Source: an uncultured Actinomycetes bacterium
GTDB lineage: Bacteria; Actinomycetota; Actinomycetes; S36-B12; CAIYMF01
Length of the DNA stretch: 64,000 bases
Reading direction: 5' to 3'
Assembly (NCBI GenBank): GCA_963778785.1
Contig: CAVZVV010000010.1
Location: forward strand, 20,564 to 84,563
The notes under the pieces are model-generated. The model did no database searches. It had not been told where the DNA came from and saw only the letters and a list, made by a program, of their open reading frames with translations. Below, piece after piece: positions 19,541 through 30,419 of this stretch. The translations under genes were made by a program, and so were the position numbers. Position 1 is the first letter of the stretch. Each line of letters begins with the position of its first letter.

Positions 19541-20494
19541 GTGACCGAGATGATCTCGATCAAACTGTTCGGCGAGACCCGGGTGGTCGCCGACGGCGAG
19601 GTGTTGGGGCCGCGCGACCTGGGTGGGGTCAAGCCCCGCCAGGTGCTCGAGGTGCTTGCTCTGCAGGTCGGGCGACCTGTGACGAAGGACCGCCTCATCG
19701 ACTGCCTCTGGGGGACGGAGGCGCCCAACGGGGCGCTGCCCACGCTCGAGGCCTACGTGTCGGTGCTGCGGCGTCGGATCGAGCCCGGCGTGCCGGCCCG
19801 CTCGTCCGTGATCCGCACCACGCCCGGTGGCTACCTGCTCGACGCCGACCGCGTGACGGTCGACGTGCACGAGTTCCGCGAGTCCGTCAACCGGGCCCGG
19901 CAGGCCGCCCCCTCGGCCGTCTCTCGGCAGGTCGACGAAGCGCTGGCCCTGGCCGAGTTCGGCCTTCTCGACAGCGAGCCCGACGCCCCCTGGGCCGAGC
20001 GCGCCCGAGTGTCCGTCACGGGCGACCTGGTGTCGGCGTGCACCGAGGCCGGCACCCGGGCGCTCACGCACGGCCGGTGGGACGAGGCTGCGCACCGGGC
20101 CCGGCGGGCGCTCGACGTCGACCCGCTGGCCGAGGCCTGCGGACGGATCCTCATCGAGTCGCTCTGGCGCGACGGTCGACGGGCCGAGGCGCTGCGCGAG
20201 TACGAGACGCTGCGGCGCACCCTGAGCGAAGAGCTCGGCAGCGACCCCGACCTGGCCACGCAGCGGCTTCACCTCGCCGTGCTGCGCGACCTCGGCACCG
20301 ACCGCCTCGAGTCGCTCCCGGGCGGGCGTTCCACGGGTCGTGGTCGCTCGCAGACGACCGGCCACGACGAGGACGAGGTGCTCGAGCGACTCGTCGGGAT
20401 GCTGGTGCAGGCGCTCACCGGCAACCCCCGCGCCCGCGTCGAGCGCACCCACCGGGCCGTGGCCAGGCTCGCCGCCGAGCTTGCGTCGGCGTGA
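19541..20494 (+). CDS. SARP (AfsR/DnrI/RedD)-family regulator: OmpR-type winged helix plus BTAD domain
   Basis: LEAYVSVLRRRIEP wHTH. BTAD signature (DVHEFRE.., ..DPLAEACGRILIESLWRDGRRAEALREYETLRRTLSEELGSDPDLATQRLH). The start is GTG 19541 or ATG 19550. Confidence 0.85.
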   Translation: MTEMISIKLFGETRVVADGEVLGPRDLGGVKPRQVLEVLALQVGRPVTKDRLIDCLWGTEAPNGALPTLEAYVSVLRRRIEPGVPARSSVIRTTPGGYLLDADRVTVDVHEFRESVNRARQAAPSAVSRQVDEALALAEFGLLDSEPDAPWAERARVSVTGDLVSACTEAGTRALTHGRWDEAAHRARRALDVDPLAEACGRILIESLWRDGRRAEALREYETLRRTLSEELGSDPDLATQRLHLAVLRDLGTDRLESLPGGRSTGRGRSQTTGHDEDEVLERLVGMLVQALTGNPRARVERTHRAVARLAAELASA

Positions 20495-20528
20495 GGCGTA
20501 CGTACCGCGAGCACCGGAAGGGCGCGCC

Positions 20529-21248
20529 ATGCTCCAGGTAGGGATGGCATCGGTCCGGGAGACCGCCACCGACATCACGCGCGTGCTCGTCGTCGACGAC
20601 CACCGCACGTTCGGCGAGCTGCTGTCGTTGGCTCTCGAGGACGAGCCTGACCTGGTGTGCGTCGGCCACGCCCTGACGGCCGCCGAGGGCCTGGCCGCCA
20701 CCCGCAGGCTGCGCCCCGACATCGTGCTCATGGACCTGCAGCTGCCCGACGGCGACGGGATCACGACCGCCGCGACGATCTGCGCCGAGGACCCCGACGT
20801 GCGGGTGCTCATCCTCACGGCGCACCCCAGCCCCGCAGAGATCACCCGCGCCAACGCCGCCGGTGCCTGCGCGTTCCTGGCCAAGGACGGATCTCTGAGT
20901 GAAGTCCTCGGCTCGGTGCGCACCGCGACGCGCGGGCGGCTCGTCCTGCTGCCGTCGCTGGTGGCGTCGTTCGAGGCGGCCCGTTCGCGCGGGCCCCAGC
21001 ACGAGGTCGCTACCGACACGAACCTCACGCCGCGCGAGCTCGACGTGCTGCGGCTGCTCGGGCAGGGCCGCGACCCGCGCACCATCGCCCGCGAGCTCGG
21101 CATGAGCCTGAACACCTGCCGCGGCCACGTGAAGGGCTTGCAGCGCAAGCTCGGCGTGCACTCGCAGCTCGAAGCGGTCGTCGCCGGCAGCAGCGCCGGG
21201 CTGATCCGCCTCGGCGACGGGCGGCATCCCACGGCACTGCCGACCTGA
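20529..21248 (+). CDS. NarL/LuxR-family response regulator (RR2, paralogue of RR1, no adjacent kinase)
   Basis: ATG at 20529 within ORF 20340..21248. It has the same architecture and shared idiosyncratic motifs with RR1 (VLVVDDH, MDLQLPDGDG, LNTCRGHVKGLQRKLGVHSQLEAVV). Roughly half the residues are identical by eye. Confidence 0.9.
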   Translation: MLQVGMASVRETATDITRVLVVDDHRTFGELLSLALEDEPDLVCVGHALTAAEGLAATRRLRPDIVLMDLQLPDGDGITTAATICAEDPDVRVLILTAHPSPAEITRANAAGACAFLAKDGSLSEVLGSVRTATRGRLVLLPSLVASFEAARSRGPQHEVATDTNLTPRELDVLRLLGQGRDPRTIARELGMSLNTCRGHVKGLQRKLGVHSQLEAVVAGSSAGLIRLGDGRHPTALPT

Positions 21249-21851
21249 GCGCCGCCGCTCCCGCAGCCCGGACCACCGGTGCTCCCACGGCGCCAGTCGT
21301 CGGTCGCCACCAGGACGGACGGCGGGCGAGGCCCCTGGCCGAGCCGACACGGCGTCAGCCGGACATCGGTGTCGGCCCCGGCCAGAGGGGGGGATATGGC
21401 CGGGGCCGACGTAGCCGCCGAACGAGGGGGTGCGGGTCGGCTCGGGATGCCGCGCGAGCAGCGCTACGTGCCGGTGCCCTTCGGCTGTGCGCTGCGCAGC
21501 GGCCCGATCATCGTCGCGTCTCCTTTCCGGTGCCCCGTGGGTCGAACCCTGTCGGTGGGCCGCGCGGCGAGGGATGTGCCCTCGCCGCCCCGCCGGCCCG
21601 CCGTCACCCCAGGGCATCAGTGAGCCACGGCACGACGGCTCGTGGAACACCCAAAGGGGGTGAGGGGTCCCCCGGCTGGGGGACCCCCCGCAGGACGATC
21701 CTCCCGCTGCCCTAGGAAACCCCAAGGTCGGCTGCGCCACGGCCGGCCGAGGGCCGGTATCCGGGCTCCCCGTGCGAGCCGTGGGGGCTCCGGTCGAGGG
21801 CACCGGCCGACCTCGCCGGCGGCGACTCGCCGGACGTCAGGTCGGCGAGCG

Positions 21852-23759
21852 TCAGCCGGCGTACAGCGATTCGATGACGTCGCCGTACGCACGGGTGACG
21901 CCGCGACGCTTGAGCTTCATCGTGGCCGTGAGCTGCTCGGAGTCCGGCTGCCACTCCTGTCCGACGAGGGCGAACTTCTTGATCTGCTCGACCCGCGAGA
22001 AGGAGCCGTTGGCCTCGTCGACGGCCTCCTGCACGGCCGCCCGGACCCGGTCGTCCTCGGCGAGCGCGGGCAGGTCGGCACCGTCGATGCCTTGGGCGGC
22101 GGCCCACACCGGCGCTGCGTCGGGGTCGAGCACGAGGATCGCGACAAGGTACGGGCGGTTGTCGCCGATCACGGCGGCCTGGCCGACCAGCGGGATCATC
22201 TTGAGCCGCGCCTCGATGTTCGCCGGCGACACATTCTTGCCGCCCGCGGTGATGATGAGCTCCTTCTTCCGGTCGACGATGGTGAGATCGCCTGCCTCAT
22301 CGAACACGCCGATGTCGCCGGTGTGCAGCCACCCGTCGGCGTCGAACGTGTCGGCCGTGCGCTCGGGGTCGTCGAGGTAGCCCCGGGCCACGATGCCTCC
22401 GCGGCACAGCACCTCGCCGTCGTCGGCGAGGCGCACGTCGGCCCCCGGCCAGGGCTGGCCCACCGTGCCCGGCACTGCCGCGAACGGCGACCAGGTCATG
22501 CCACCGGTGTTCTCGCTCATGCCGTACACCTCGGAGAAGGGCACGCCCAGCGCGCGGAAGAACTCGGCGACCTCCTTGGGGAGCGGCGCCGCGCCGGAGA
22601 ATGCGATGACCGCGGCGTCGAGGCCCACCCGCTCCCTGAGCGGCTGGTAGGCCAGGGGGCCGAAGAACTCGTGCTGCGCAGCCAGCTCCGCCGGCACCTC
22701 CTGCCCCGCACGGGCGAGCTCGTCGACCTGATGGCCCACGCCGAGCGCCATCGCGAAGCCGGCCTCGCGCTCGGGCCCGGCCGCCGCGACCGCGGCGAGG
22801 ATGCCGGCGCGCAGCTTCTCCCACACGCGCGGCGGGCCGAAGATCGTGTGCGGCCGGGTCGCGACGAGGAACTCGCCGAGGCGGGTCGGGTCCGGACAGC
22901 AGGTGACGGTGGAGCGTAGGAACATCCACGAGTAGTGCGTGACCATGCGCTCGGCGATGTGCGCCATCGGCAGGTAGGACAGGTTGCGGGTGCCCACCGG
23001 GTACTCGCCGACGATCGGCAGGGCGGCCTGGGGGAGGTCGGCCAGCGTGTCCAGTCGGTCTCGGGCGTCCCGGACCCGCACGGCGTACCCACCCACCTGC
23101 CAGGCGACGTTGGCGTGGTCGAGCATCACTCCCTTCGGGTTCCCCGTCGTGCCGCTGGTGTAGATGACCGTGACGAGGTCGTCCTGCCGCTGCTGCCCGT
23201 GCAGCGAAGCCAGATCCGCCGGCTCGGCCGTCCCGAGCTGGGCCCAGGGGATCACGTCGGCGCCCTCAGGCAGGCCCGTGGGCTCGACCACCACCACGTG
23301 CCGCAGGTCCGGCAGCCCCCCGCGCACCTGCAGCAGCCGCCCGGCGAACTCCGCGTCGTCGAGCACCGCCACGACCGCCCGGCTGTGGCCCGCGAGGTAG
23401 GCCAGCTGCTCGGGCGCGGACGAGTTGTAGACGCTGACCGGCACGGCGCGCAGGAAGAGGCAGGCCAGGTCTGCGACGTGGAACTCCGGCCGGTTCCGCA
23501 GCATCAGCATCACCCGGTCTCCGGGGCCGACACCGAGCGCGGCCAGCGCCGCGGCGGTGCGGGCCACGCGGTCGGCGACCTGCGCCCAGGTGTCGATGTG
23601 CTCGACCGCAACGACGCCCTCGCCCGCCTGCCCCGGGACCAACCGGCGCAGCGCGGGGGCGCCAGGGTTCTCGGCTACGGCGGAGAGGAACCAGTCGGTC
23701 ACCAGCGCTTCGTCGGCAAAGGCCTGCATCGGACCGAGGGGGCTCGCGGGCGTCGTCAT
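21852..23759 (-). CDS. AMP-dependent long-chain acyl-CoA synthetase (FadD-like)
   Basis: AMP-binding motif VIYTSGTTGNPKGVMLDH, later GWLHTGDIG and DRKKELIITAGGKNVSP. ATG at 23759 (MTTPASPLG..). Confidence 0.9.
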   Translation of the reverse strand: MTTPASPLGPMQAFADEALVTDWFLSAVAENPGAPALRRLVPGQAGEGVVAVEHIDTWAQVADRVARTAAALAALGVGPGDRVMLMLRNRPEFHVADLACLFLRAVPVSVYNSSAPEQLAYLAGHSRAVVAVLDDAEFAGRLLQVRGGLPDLRHVVVVEPTGLPEGADVIPWAQLGTAEPADLASLHGQQRQDDLVTVIYTSGTTGNPKGVMLDHANVAWQVGGYAVRVRDARDRLDTLADLPQAALPIVGEYPVGTRNLSYLPMAHIAERMVTHYSWMFLRSTVTCCPDPTRLGEFLVATRPHTIFGPPRVWEKLRAGILAAVAAAGPEREAGFAMALGVGHQVDELARAGQEVPAELAAQHEFFGPLAYQPLRERVGLDAAVIAFSGAAPLPKEVAEFFRALGVPFSEVYGMSENTGGMTWSPFAAVPGTVGQPWPGADVRLADDGEVLCRGGIVARGYLDDPERTADTFDADGWLHTGDIGVFDEAGDLTIVDRKKELIITAGGKNVSPANIEARLKMIPLVGQAAVIGDNRPYLVAILVLDPDAAPVWAAAQGIDGADLPALAEDDRVRAAVQEAVDEANGSFSRVEQIKKFALVGQEWQPDSEQLTATMKLKRRGVTRAYGDVIESLYAG

Positions 23760-23860
23760 GCGCAGACGGTAGCCACCTGCGGCAACCGCTACCCCCGATT
23801 CGGGCCACCCGGCCCCGGTCACCCTCGTGCACTGACAGGGCCCACACCAGGTCCCCCATG

Positions 23861-23891
23861 GTCCTTTCGTGCATGGCATGGACGAACGGAC
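23861..23891. repeat. Imperfect 15+15 bp palindrome GTCCtTTCGTgCATG-g-CATGGACGAACGGAC (family 2)
   Basis: Arms abut around 23876 with 2 mismatches. The right arm plus flank (catggacgaacggacggggg) resembles 32043-32066 (catggaccaacggacgaggggg). Confidence 0.75.
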
Positions 23892-23986
23892 GGGGGGGAC
23901 GAACGGAGGCCTGGGCGAACGGGCGGGTGCCGGGACGGGACGGGACGGCGGGAGGGGACGGGGGATGGGACGGGGGGCGGCGGGGA

Positions 23987-26296
23987 TCAGCCGAAGAGGG
24001 CCGGCAGCGTTCCCTCGTGCGCGGTGCGCACCTCATCCAGCGGCAGGACGACAGACGCGCCGTAGGCGCCGTCGAGGATGAGGGCCTGCCCGCCGGCGGC
24101 CAGCCCGTGCTCGGCACCGATGCCGGAGTCGACGACGCCGATGCGGGTGCAGGGGAAGCCGCGGGCGGCGCACATCTCGGTGAACCGCAGCTCCTCCGAA
24201 CGCGGCACGACAACCAGGGCCCGGGTCGCGGACTCGGAGAAGAGGTGCACGAACGGGTCGGTGCCGTCGGGCACCCACGTCCGCGCGCCCACACCCGAGC
24301 GCAGAGCCATCTCGACGAGGGCCTGACCCACGCCGCCGTCTGCCACGTCGTGGGCCGCGGTGAACATGCCGTCGCGGGAGCCTGCCACGAGGATCTCGGC
24401 GAGCTGCTTCTCGGCGGCGAGGTCGACGATCGGAGGTAGTCCGCCGAGATGTCCGTGCACCTCGTGCGCCCACTCGCCGCCGGCCAGCTCGTCGCGGGTC
24501 TGGCCGAGGAGATACACCTGCTCGCCGTCGGGTCCCCATGCCATGGGCGTGCGCCTCTCGACATCGTCGATGACGCCGAGAACGCCCACCACCGGCGTGG
24601 GGAGGATGGCCGTGGTGCCGGTCTGGTTGTAGAACGACACGTTGCCGCCGGTGACGGGGGTGCCGAGCTCGAGGCAGCCGTCGGCCAGGCCGCGCACCGC
24701 CTCGGCGAACTGCCACATGACCTCGGGGTCCTCGGGCGAGCCGAAGTTGAGGCAGTCGGTCACGGCCAGCGGCACGGCGCCGGTGGCGGCGACGTTGCGG
24801 TAAGCCTCCGCCAGTGCGAGCTGCGCGCCGACGTACGGGTCGAGCTTGGCGAACCGGCCGTTGCAGTCGGTGGAGAGGGCCACGCCACGACCGGTCTCCT
24901 CGTCGACCCGCACCATGCCGGAGTCCTCGGGCTGGGCGAGCACCGTGTTCCCGAGCACGTAACGGTCGTACTGGGAGGTGACCCAGGACTTGGACGCCAG
25001 GTTCGGCGAGCCGGACAGCCGCAGCCACGTGGCGAGCAGCTCCCCGGCGTCGGTCGGGCGGGCGAGCCGCTCGGGGGTGGGCGCGTCGGCCTGCAGGTCG
25101 TCGAGCCAACCGGGTCGCGCCAGAGGACGCTCGTACACCGGACCGTCGTGGGCCACCGACCGCGGCGGTACGTCGACGATGGTCTCGCCGTGCCAGCTGA
25201 TGACAAGCCGGCCGCCCTCGGCCACCTCGCCGATGACGGTGGCGGTGACGTCCCACCGGCGGCAGATCTCGAGGAACGCGTCGATCTTCTCGGGCGTGAC
25301 GACGGCGCACATGCGCTCCTGCGACTCGCTCATGAGGATCTCCTCGGGAGTGAGCGAGGCGTCGCGCAGCGGCACCCGGTCGAGGTCGACGCGCATGCCG
25401 CCTTCGCCGTTGCTGGCGAGCTCGGACGTGGCGCACGAGATGCCCGCGCCGCCGAGGTCCTGGATGCCTTCGACCAGGCCCGCGTGCAGCACCTCGAGGG
25501 TGCACTCGATGAGCAGCTTCTCCATGAAGGGGTCGCCCACCTGCACGGCCGGACGCTTCGTCGGACCGCCCTCGTCGAACGTCTCCGAGGCGAGCACCGA
25601 GACCCCGCCGATGCCGTCGCCGCCGGTCTTCGCGCCGTAGAGCACCACGAGGTTACCGACGCCCTTGGCCGAAGCCAGGTGGATGTCCTCGTGCTTCATC
25701 GTGCCGACGCAGAGGGCGTTGACGAGCGGGTTGCCGAGGTACGTGGGGTCGAAGACGATCTCGCCGCCGATGTTCGGCAGGCCCAGGCAGTTCCCGTAGC
25801 CGCCGATGCCCGCCACGACGCCGGGCAGGACGCGCCGGGTGTCGGGGGCGTCGGCGGGGCCGAACCTCAGGGGGTCCATGACCGCCACCGGGCGGGCACC
25901 CATCGAGAGGATGTCGCGCACGATGCCGCCGATGCCGGTGGCCGCGCCCTGGTACGGCTCCACGTAGGACGGGTGGTTGTGCGACTCGATCTTGAACGTG
26001 ACCGCCCACCCGCCGCCGATGTCGACCACGCCGGCGTTCTCCCCGATGCCCACGAGCATCGCGTCGGTCGGCGGCTTCTTCTCGCCGAACTGGCGCAGGT
26101 GCACCTTGGAGGACTTGTAGGAGCAGTGCTCGCTCCACATGACGCTGTACATCGCGAGCTCGGCGCTCGTGGGTCGGCGGCCGAGGATCTCACGGATGCG
26201 CGCGTACTCGTCCGGCTTGAGACCGAGCTCGGCGTACGGCTGATCGGTGTCGGGCGTGGTGGCGGCGTGGTCGACGGTGTCCGTCTGGCGGGTCAT
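23987..26296 (-). CDS. purL: Phosphoribosylformylglycinamidine synthase subunit II
   Basis: Intact 769-aa ORF with a typical PurL sequence throughout ([17 protein letters not shown], two AIRS domains). Confidence 0.95.
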   Translation of the reverse strand: MTRQTDTVDHAATTPDTDQPYAELGLKPDEYARIREILGRRPTSAELAMYSVMWSEHCSYKSSKVHLRQFGEKKPPTDAMLVGIGENAGVVDIGGGWAVTFKIESHNHPSYVEPYQGAATGIGGIVRDILSMGARPVAVMDPLRFGPADAPDTRRVLPGVVAGIGGYGNCLGLPNIGGEIVFDPTYLGNPLVNALCVGTMKHEDIHLASAKGVGNLVVLYGAKTGGDGIGGVSVLASETFDEGGPTKRPAVQVGDPFMEKLLIECTLEVLHAGLVEGIQDLGGAGISCATSELASNGEGGMRVDLDRVPLRDASLTPEEILMSESQERMCAVVTPEKIDAFLEICRRWDVTATVIGEVAEGGRLVISWHGETIVDVPPRSVAHDGPVYERPLARPGWLDDLQADAPTPERLARPTDAGELLATWLRLSGSPNLASKSWVTSQYDRYVLGNTVLAQPEDSGMVRVDEETGRGVALSTDCNGRFAKLDPYVGAQLALAEAYRNVAATGAVPLAVTDCLNFGSPEDPEVMWQFAEAVRGLADGCLELGTPVTGGNVSFYNQTGTTAILPTPVVGVLGVIDDVERRTPMAWGPDGEQVYLLGQTRDELAGGEWAHEVHGHLGGLPPIVDLAAEKQLAEILVAGSRDGMFTAAHDVADGGVGQALVEMALRSGVGARTWVPDGTDPFVHLFSESATRALVVVPRSEELRFTEMCAARGFPCTRIGVVDSGIGAEHGLAAGGQALILDGAYGASVVLPLDEVRTAHEGTLPALFG

Positions 26297-26985
26297 GCGC
26301 TGATGCGTCCCTCGGAGGCGAGCGTGCTGAGCAGGGAGGTGAAGAAGGGCAGCCCGTCGGCGGTGGGTCCGGTGAGCTCCTCCACGGCGTGCTCGGGGTG
26401 CGGCATGAGGCCCACGACGTTGCCGGCGTCGTTGGCGATGCCGGCGATCGCGCGCAGGCTGCCGTTCGGGTTGGGCCCGGCGTAGCGGGCCACCACGCGG
26501 TTCTCGGCCTCGAGCGCGTCGAGCGTGCGCTCGTCAGCCATGTAGGCGCCCTCGCCGTTCTTGAGCGGGATGACGATGTGGTCGCCGTGGAAGAAGTCGC
26601 GGGTCCAGGCGGTGGCGGTGGACTCGATCACGAGCGGCTGGTCGCGGCAGACGAAGTGGAGGTGGTGGTTGCGGGTGAGCGCGCCGGGCAGCAGGTGGGT
26701 CTCGCACAAGATCTGGAACCCGTTGCAGATGCCGAGCACGGGCAGCCCTCCGCGCGCGGCGTCGACGAGCCGTTCCATCAGCGGCGCGAACCGGGCGATG
26801 GCGCCGCAGCGCAGGTAGTCGCCGTAGGAGAATCCGCCCGGCAGCACCACCGCGTCGACGTCCTGCAGGTCGTCGTCGCCGTGCCAGAGGGCCACCGCCT
26901 CGGCGCCGGCGGCGCGGACCGCACGGGCCGCGTCGCGGTCGTCGAGCGAGCCAGGGAACGTCACCACCCCGATCCGCGCGGTCAC
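26293..26985 (-). CDS. purQ: Phosphoribosylformylglycinamidine synthase, glutaminase subunit
   Basis: Intact 230-aa ORF. GATase1 nucleophile GICNGFQ and MPHPE. 4-nt overlaps with purS and purL. Confidence 0.95.
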   Translation of the reverse strand: MTARIGVVTFPGSLDDRDAARAVRAAGAEAVALWHGDDDLQDVDAVVLPGGFSYGDYLRCGAIARFAPLMERLVDAARGGLPVLGICNGFQILCETHLLPGALTRNHHLHFVCRDQPLVIESTATAWTRDFFHGDHIVIPLKNGEGAYMADERTLDALEAENRVVARYAGPNPNGSLRAIAGIANDAGNVVGLMPHPEHAVEELTGPTADGLPFFTSLLSTLASEGRISA

Positions 26986-27230
26986 GAGGGCACGACCTGC
27001 AGGGCGTAGTCCTCGATCACGGGGTTCGACAGCAGCGACTCGGCGAGGCGGTGCAGGTCGGCCAGACGGGCTTCGTCGACCTCGCCCTCCAGGTCGAGCA
27101 CGAACCGCTTGCCCTGGCGCACCGAGGTGACGCCGTCGAGGCCGAGGCGGCCGAGGGCCCCCTGCACGGCCTGCCCCTGCGGGTCGAGGATCTCTGGCTT
27201 GAGCATGACGTCGACGACGACGCGGGCCAC
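26982..27230 (-). CDS. purS: Phosphoribosylformylglycinamidine synthase subunit PurS
   Basis: 82 aa, [29 protein letters not shown]. First gene of purS-purQ-purL. Confidence 0.9.
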   Translation of the reverse strand: MARVVVDVMLKPEILDPQGQAVQGALGRLGLDGVTSVRQGKRFVLDLEGEVDEARLADLHRLAESLLSNPVIEDYALQVVPS

Positions 27231-27438
27231 GGGCGCTCCTGACGAGGCGGCGGGTCGGGAAGTGGGGCCAGTCTACGGGGCCGCGCGGGTGCTCCTGACC
27301 TCTCCGAAGCGGGTCGAGGCGGTCGGCGCGGCGCCCGCGAGGCGCACGCCGACGTCAACCTCACCGGACGTTACCGTCCGATATTCGTGGTTCCCACCCG
27401 AACGAGTGAGATCCCCTCGCGGTCCCCCCGGGAACCCG

Positions 27439-28401
27439 ATGGGCATGAACAGCACCGCACCGACTCCCGACCATCACACGCCTCCCGCCGCCACTCCCGG
27501 ATCCGCCCGCGACCCCGGGGGAACCCCATCGGCACTCCCGCCGCCCCTGGCCGACCGCCCCTTCACCGCCGCCGAGGCCCTCACCGCCGGGATCACCGCC
27601 CGGACGCTCGCAGGCCGCCGGTTCGTCCGCCTCTTCCGCGACGTGTACGCGACCCGCGCGGTTGCGGCGATGCCGTGGGCCCGCCCGGCCGGTGCCCTGC
27701 TCGTCGCGCCGCACGCGGTGCTCGGGCACGCCAGCGCCGCCTCCCTGTGGGGGCTCCCCCTCCCTGCCCACCTGACCGGGGCCGCGGAGCCCGTGCACCT
27801 CATCGTGCCGCCCGGCGGACGCATCCCGAGGCGAGCAGGTATCTGCGTGCACGAGGTCGCCGTTCCCGCCACCGACATCGCCCCCCTCGGCCCGTTGGCC
27901 GGGACGCCCCTACCGCTCCGGGTCGCGGTGCCCGCCCGCGTCCTGCTCGACGTCTCCGACGGCTGGACGGTCGCGGACGTCGTGGCCCTGGCCGACGCGG
28001 CCGTCGCCCGCCACCTGCTGGACATCCAAGAGATCTACGAGCGAGTGGCCGCGGCGGCCGGCCGTCGCGGGGTGACTACCCTGCGCCGGGCCGTGCCGCT
28101 CGTGGACGCCTCGTCGCCCAACGCCGTGTCGTCCCGCGTCCGCGTCCTGCTGATGGCTGCCGGTCTCCCGCGGCCGCGGCACCTGGACGGCGCCCACCTG
28201 TGCTGGTCGACCTACGGCGTCGTCGTGGACGTCGATGCGTGGGCCCTCGTCTCGCGGCCCGAGCGGATCGTGCTGCGGGCGTGGGACCAGCTGCGCGACG
28301 CCGGCTGGTCGCCGGGCTCCCAGCGGCCCGCGGTGCAGGCCGCGCTCGCCGCCGTGGGCGCCTTCCGGGCGGCGCGATGGGGGCTCGGCGAGCCGGCCTG
28401 A
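27439..28401 (+). CDS. Hypothetical protein, AbiEi-N/DUF559-like family (degenerate C-terminus); paralogue of 45255..46295
   Basis: ATG at 27439 in ORF 27109..28401. It shares the layout of the other copy: an N-terminal HTH-like region (AEALTAGITARTLAGRRFVRLFRDVY), HASAASLWGLP, ..RVRVLLMAAGLPRP... The expected DLAW..E.DG endonuclease-like core is not evident. Confidence 0.55.
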   Translation: MGMNSTAPTPDHHTPPAATPGSARDPGGTPSALPPPLADRPFTAAEALTAGITARTLAGRRFVRLFRDVYATRAVAAMPWARPAGALLVAPHAVLGHASAASLWGLPLPAHLTGAAEPVHLIVPPGGRIPRRAGICVHEVAVPATDIAPLGPLAGTPLPLRVAVPARVLLDVSDGWTVADVVALADAAVARHLLDIQEIYERVAAAAGRRGVTTLRRAVPLVDASSPNAVSSRVRVLLMAAGLPRPRHLDGAHLCWSTYGVVVDVDAWALVSRPERIVLRAWDQLRDAGWSPGSQRPAVQAALAAVGAFRAARWGLGEPA

Positions 28402-28430
28402 TCTGCGCCCTCGTCGCCGGTTCGCGCCCG

Positions 28431-29395
28431 TCAGCCCGGGGGCGGGAAGGCTTGCCAGGCCGACCAGGCCGAGGCCACGGACTCCGCGATGTGGCGGGTG
28501 GGGGCCCAGCCGAGCTCGTGGCGGATGCGATCGGCCGAGGCGACCAGGGCGGCGGGGTCGCCGGGCCGGCGCGGCACCACCTCGGGCACGAGGTCGGTAC
28601 CGGTGACCGAGCAGACGACGTCGAGCACCTCGCGCACCGACGTGCCTGAGCCTGTTCCGACGTTGTAGACGGCGCCGATCTTCCCCGTCTCGACGGCCGC
28701 CGCGGCGACCACGTGCGCGTCGGCGAGGTCGGCCACGTCGATGTAGTCGCGGACGCACGTGCCGTCAGGGGTCGGGTAGTCGTCGCCGTAGATCTGCGGC
28801 GGGCGCCCCGATGTGATCGCCCCGAGAGCGAGCGGGACGAGGTTGTGCAGCCCGGTGTCGCCGAGCTCGTCGGATCCGGCGCCCACGACGTTGAAGTAGC
28901 GCAGCGCCACCCACGACAGGCCATGCGCAGCAGCCGCGTCGCGCAGGAGCCATTCGCCAGCGACCTTCGTCTGGCCGTAGGGCGACGCGGGCCGCAGCGG
29001 CGCGTCCTCGCCGATGACCGCGACGTCCTGCTCGCCGTAGACCGCGGCCGATGACGAGTAGACGATGTCGCGGACCCCGACGTCGACCATCGCCTCGAGC
29101 AGAGCGAGCATGCCGTCGACGTTCTCGCGGAAGTAGTACAGCGGGAGGGCGACGGACTCGCCCACGGCCTTCTTCGCCGCGAGGTGCACCACCCCGGTGA
29201 CCCCATGCGCCCGCATGGCCTGGGCCACAGCCTCGCGGTCGGTGACCGCCGCCTGCACGAGTGCGACGCCCTCGGGCACCTTTCGCCGCTCGCCGGTGCT
29301 CAGGTCGTCGAGCACGACGACGTCGCGGCCGGAGCGGGCCAGCGCGCGCAACGCGTGCGCGCCGATGTAGCCGGCACCGCCGGTGACCATCCAGG

Positions 29396-29399
<4 letters not shown>
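28431..29399 (-). CDS. galE: UDP-glucose 4-epimerase
   Basis: Intact from the ATG at 29399 ([15 protein letters not shown]..), catalytic YGQTK, NVVGAG. The upstream part of ORF 28431..30020 belongs to purC. Confidence 0.9.
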
Positions 29400-30295
<896 letters not shown>

Positions 30296-30419
30296 GGTCC
30301 GACCCTAGCCGCGCTCCAGCCCGCGCAGATCCCTCGCCGGCGAACCGCCAGCCAACCCTGCGCGGCAGCCTCGTCCTCCCCGGCCCCCCTGCCCCTCCCC
30401 CCGCGCGGGCGACGGGGAG

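Noticed and set aside
21464-21511. 15-codon mini-ORF (MIGPLRSAQPKGTGT*) on the minus strand, preceded by a strong GGAAAGGAG Shine-Dalgarno at about 9-nt spacing.
   Set aside because: There is no downstream gene on that strand to regulate, and conservation is not assessable here. It could be chance, and is only worth revisiting if ribosome profiling or conservation supports it.
30296-30419. ZTP (pfl) or other purine-related riboswitch in the purC leader; the sense strand has CTGGCGGTTCGCCGGCGAGGG.
   Set aside because: The conserved 3' pseudoknot element (CCGCCTGGGC-like) and the GGxGGA/ACCGGG core are absent, so the resemblance is superficial. An Infernal scan would be the decisive test.
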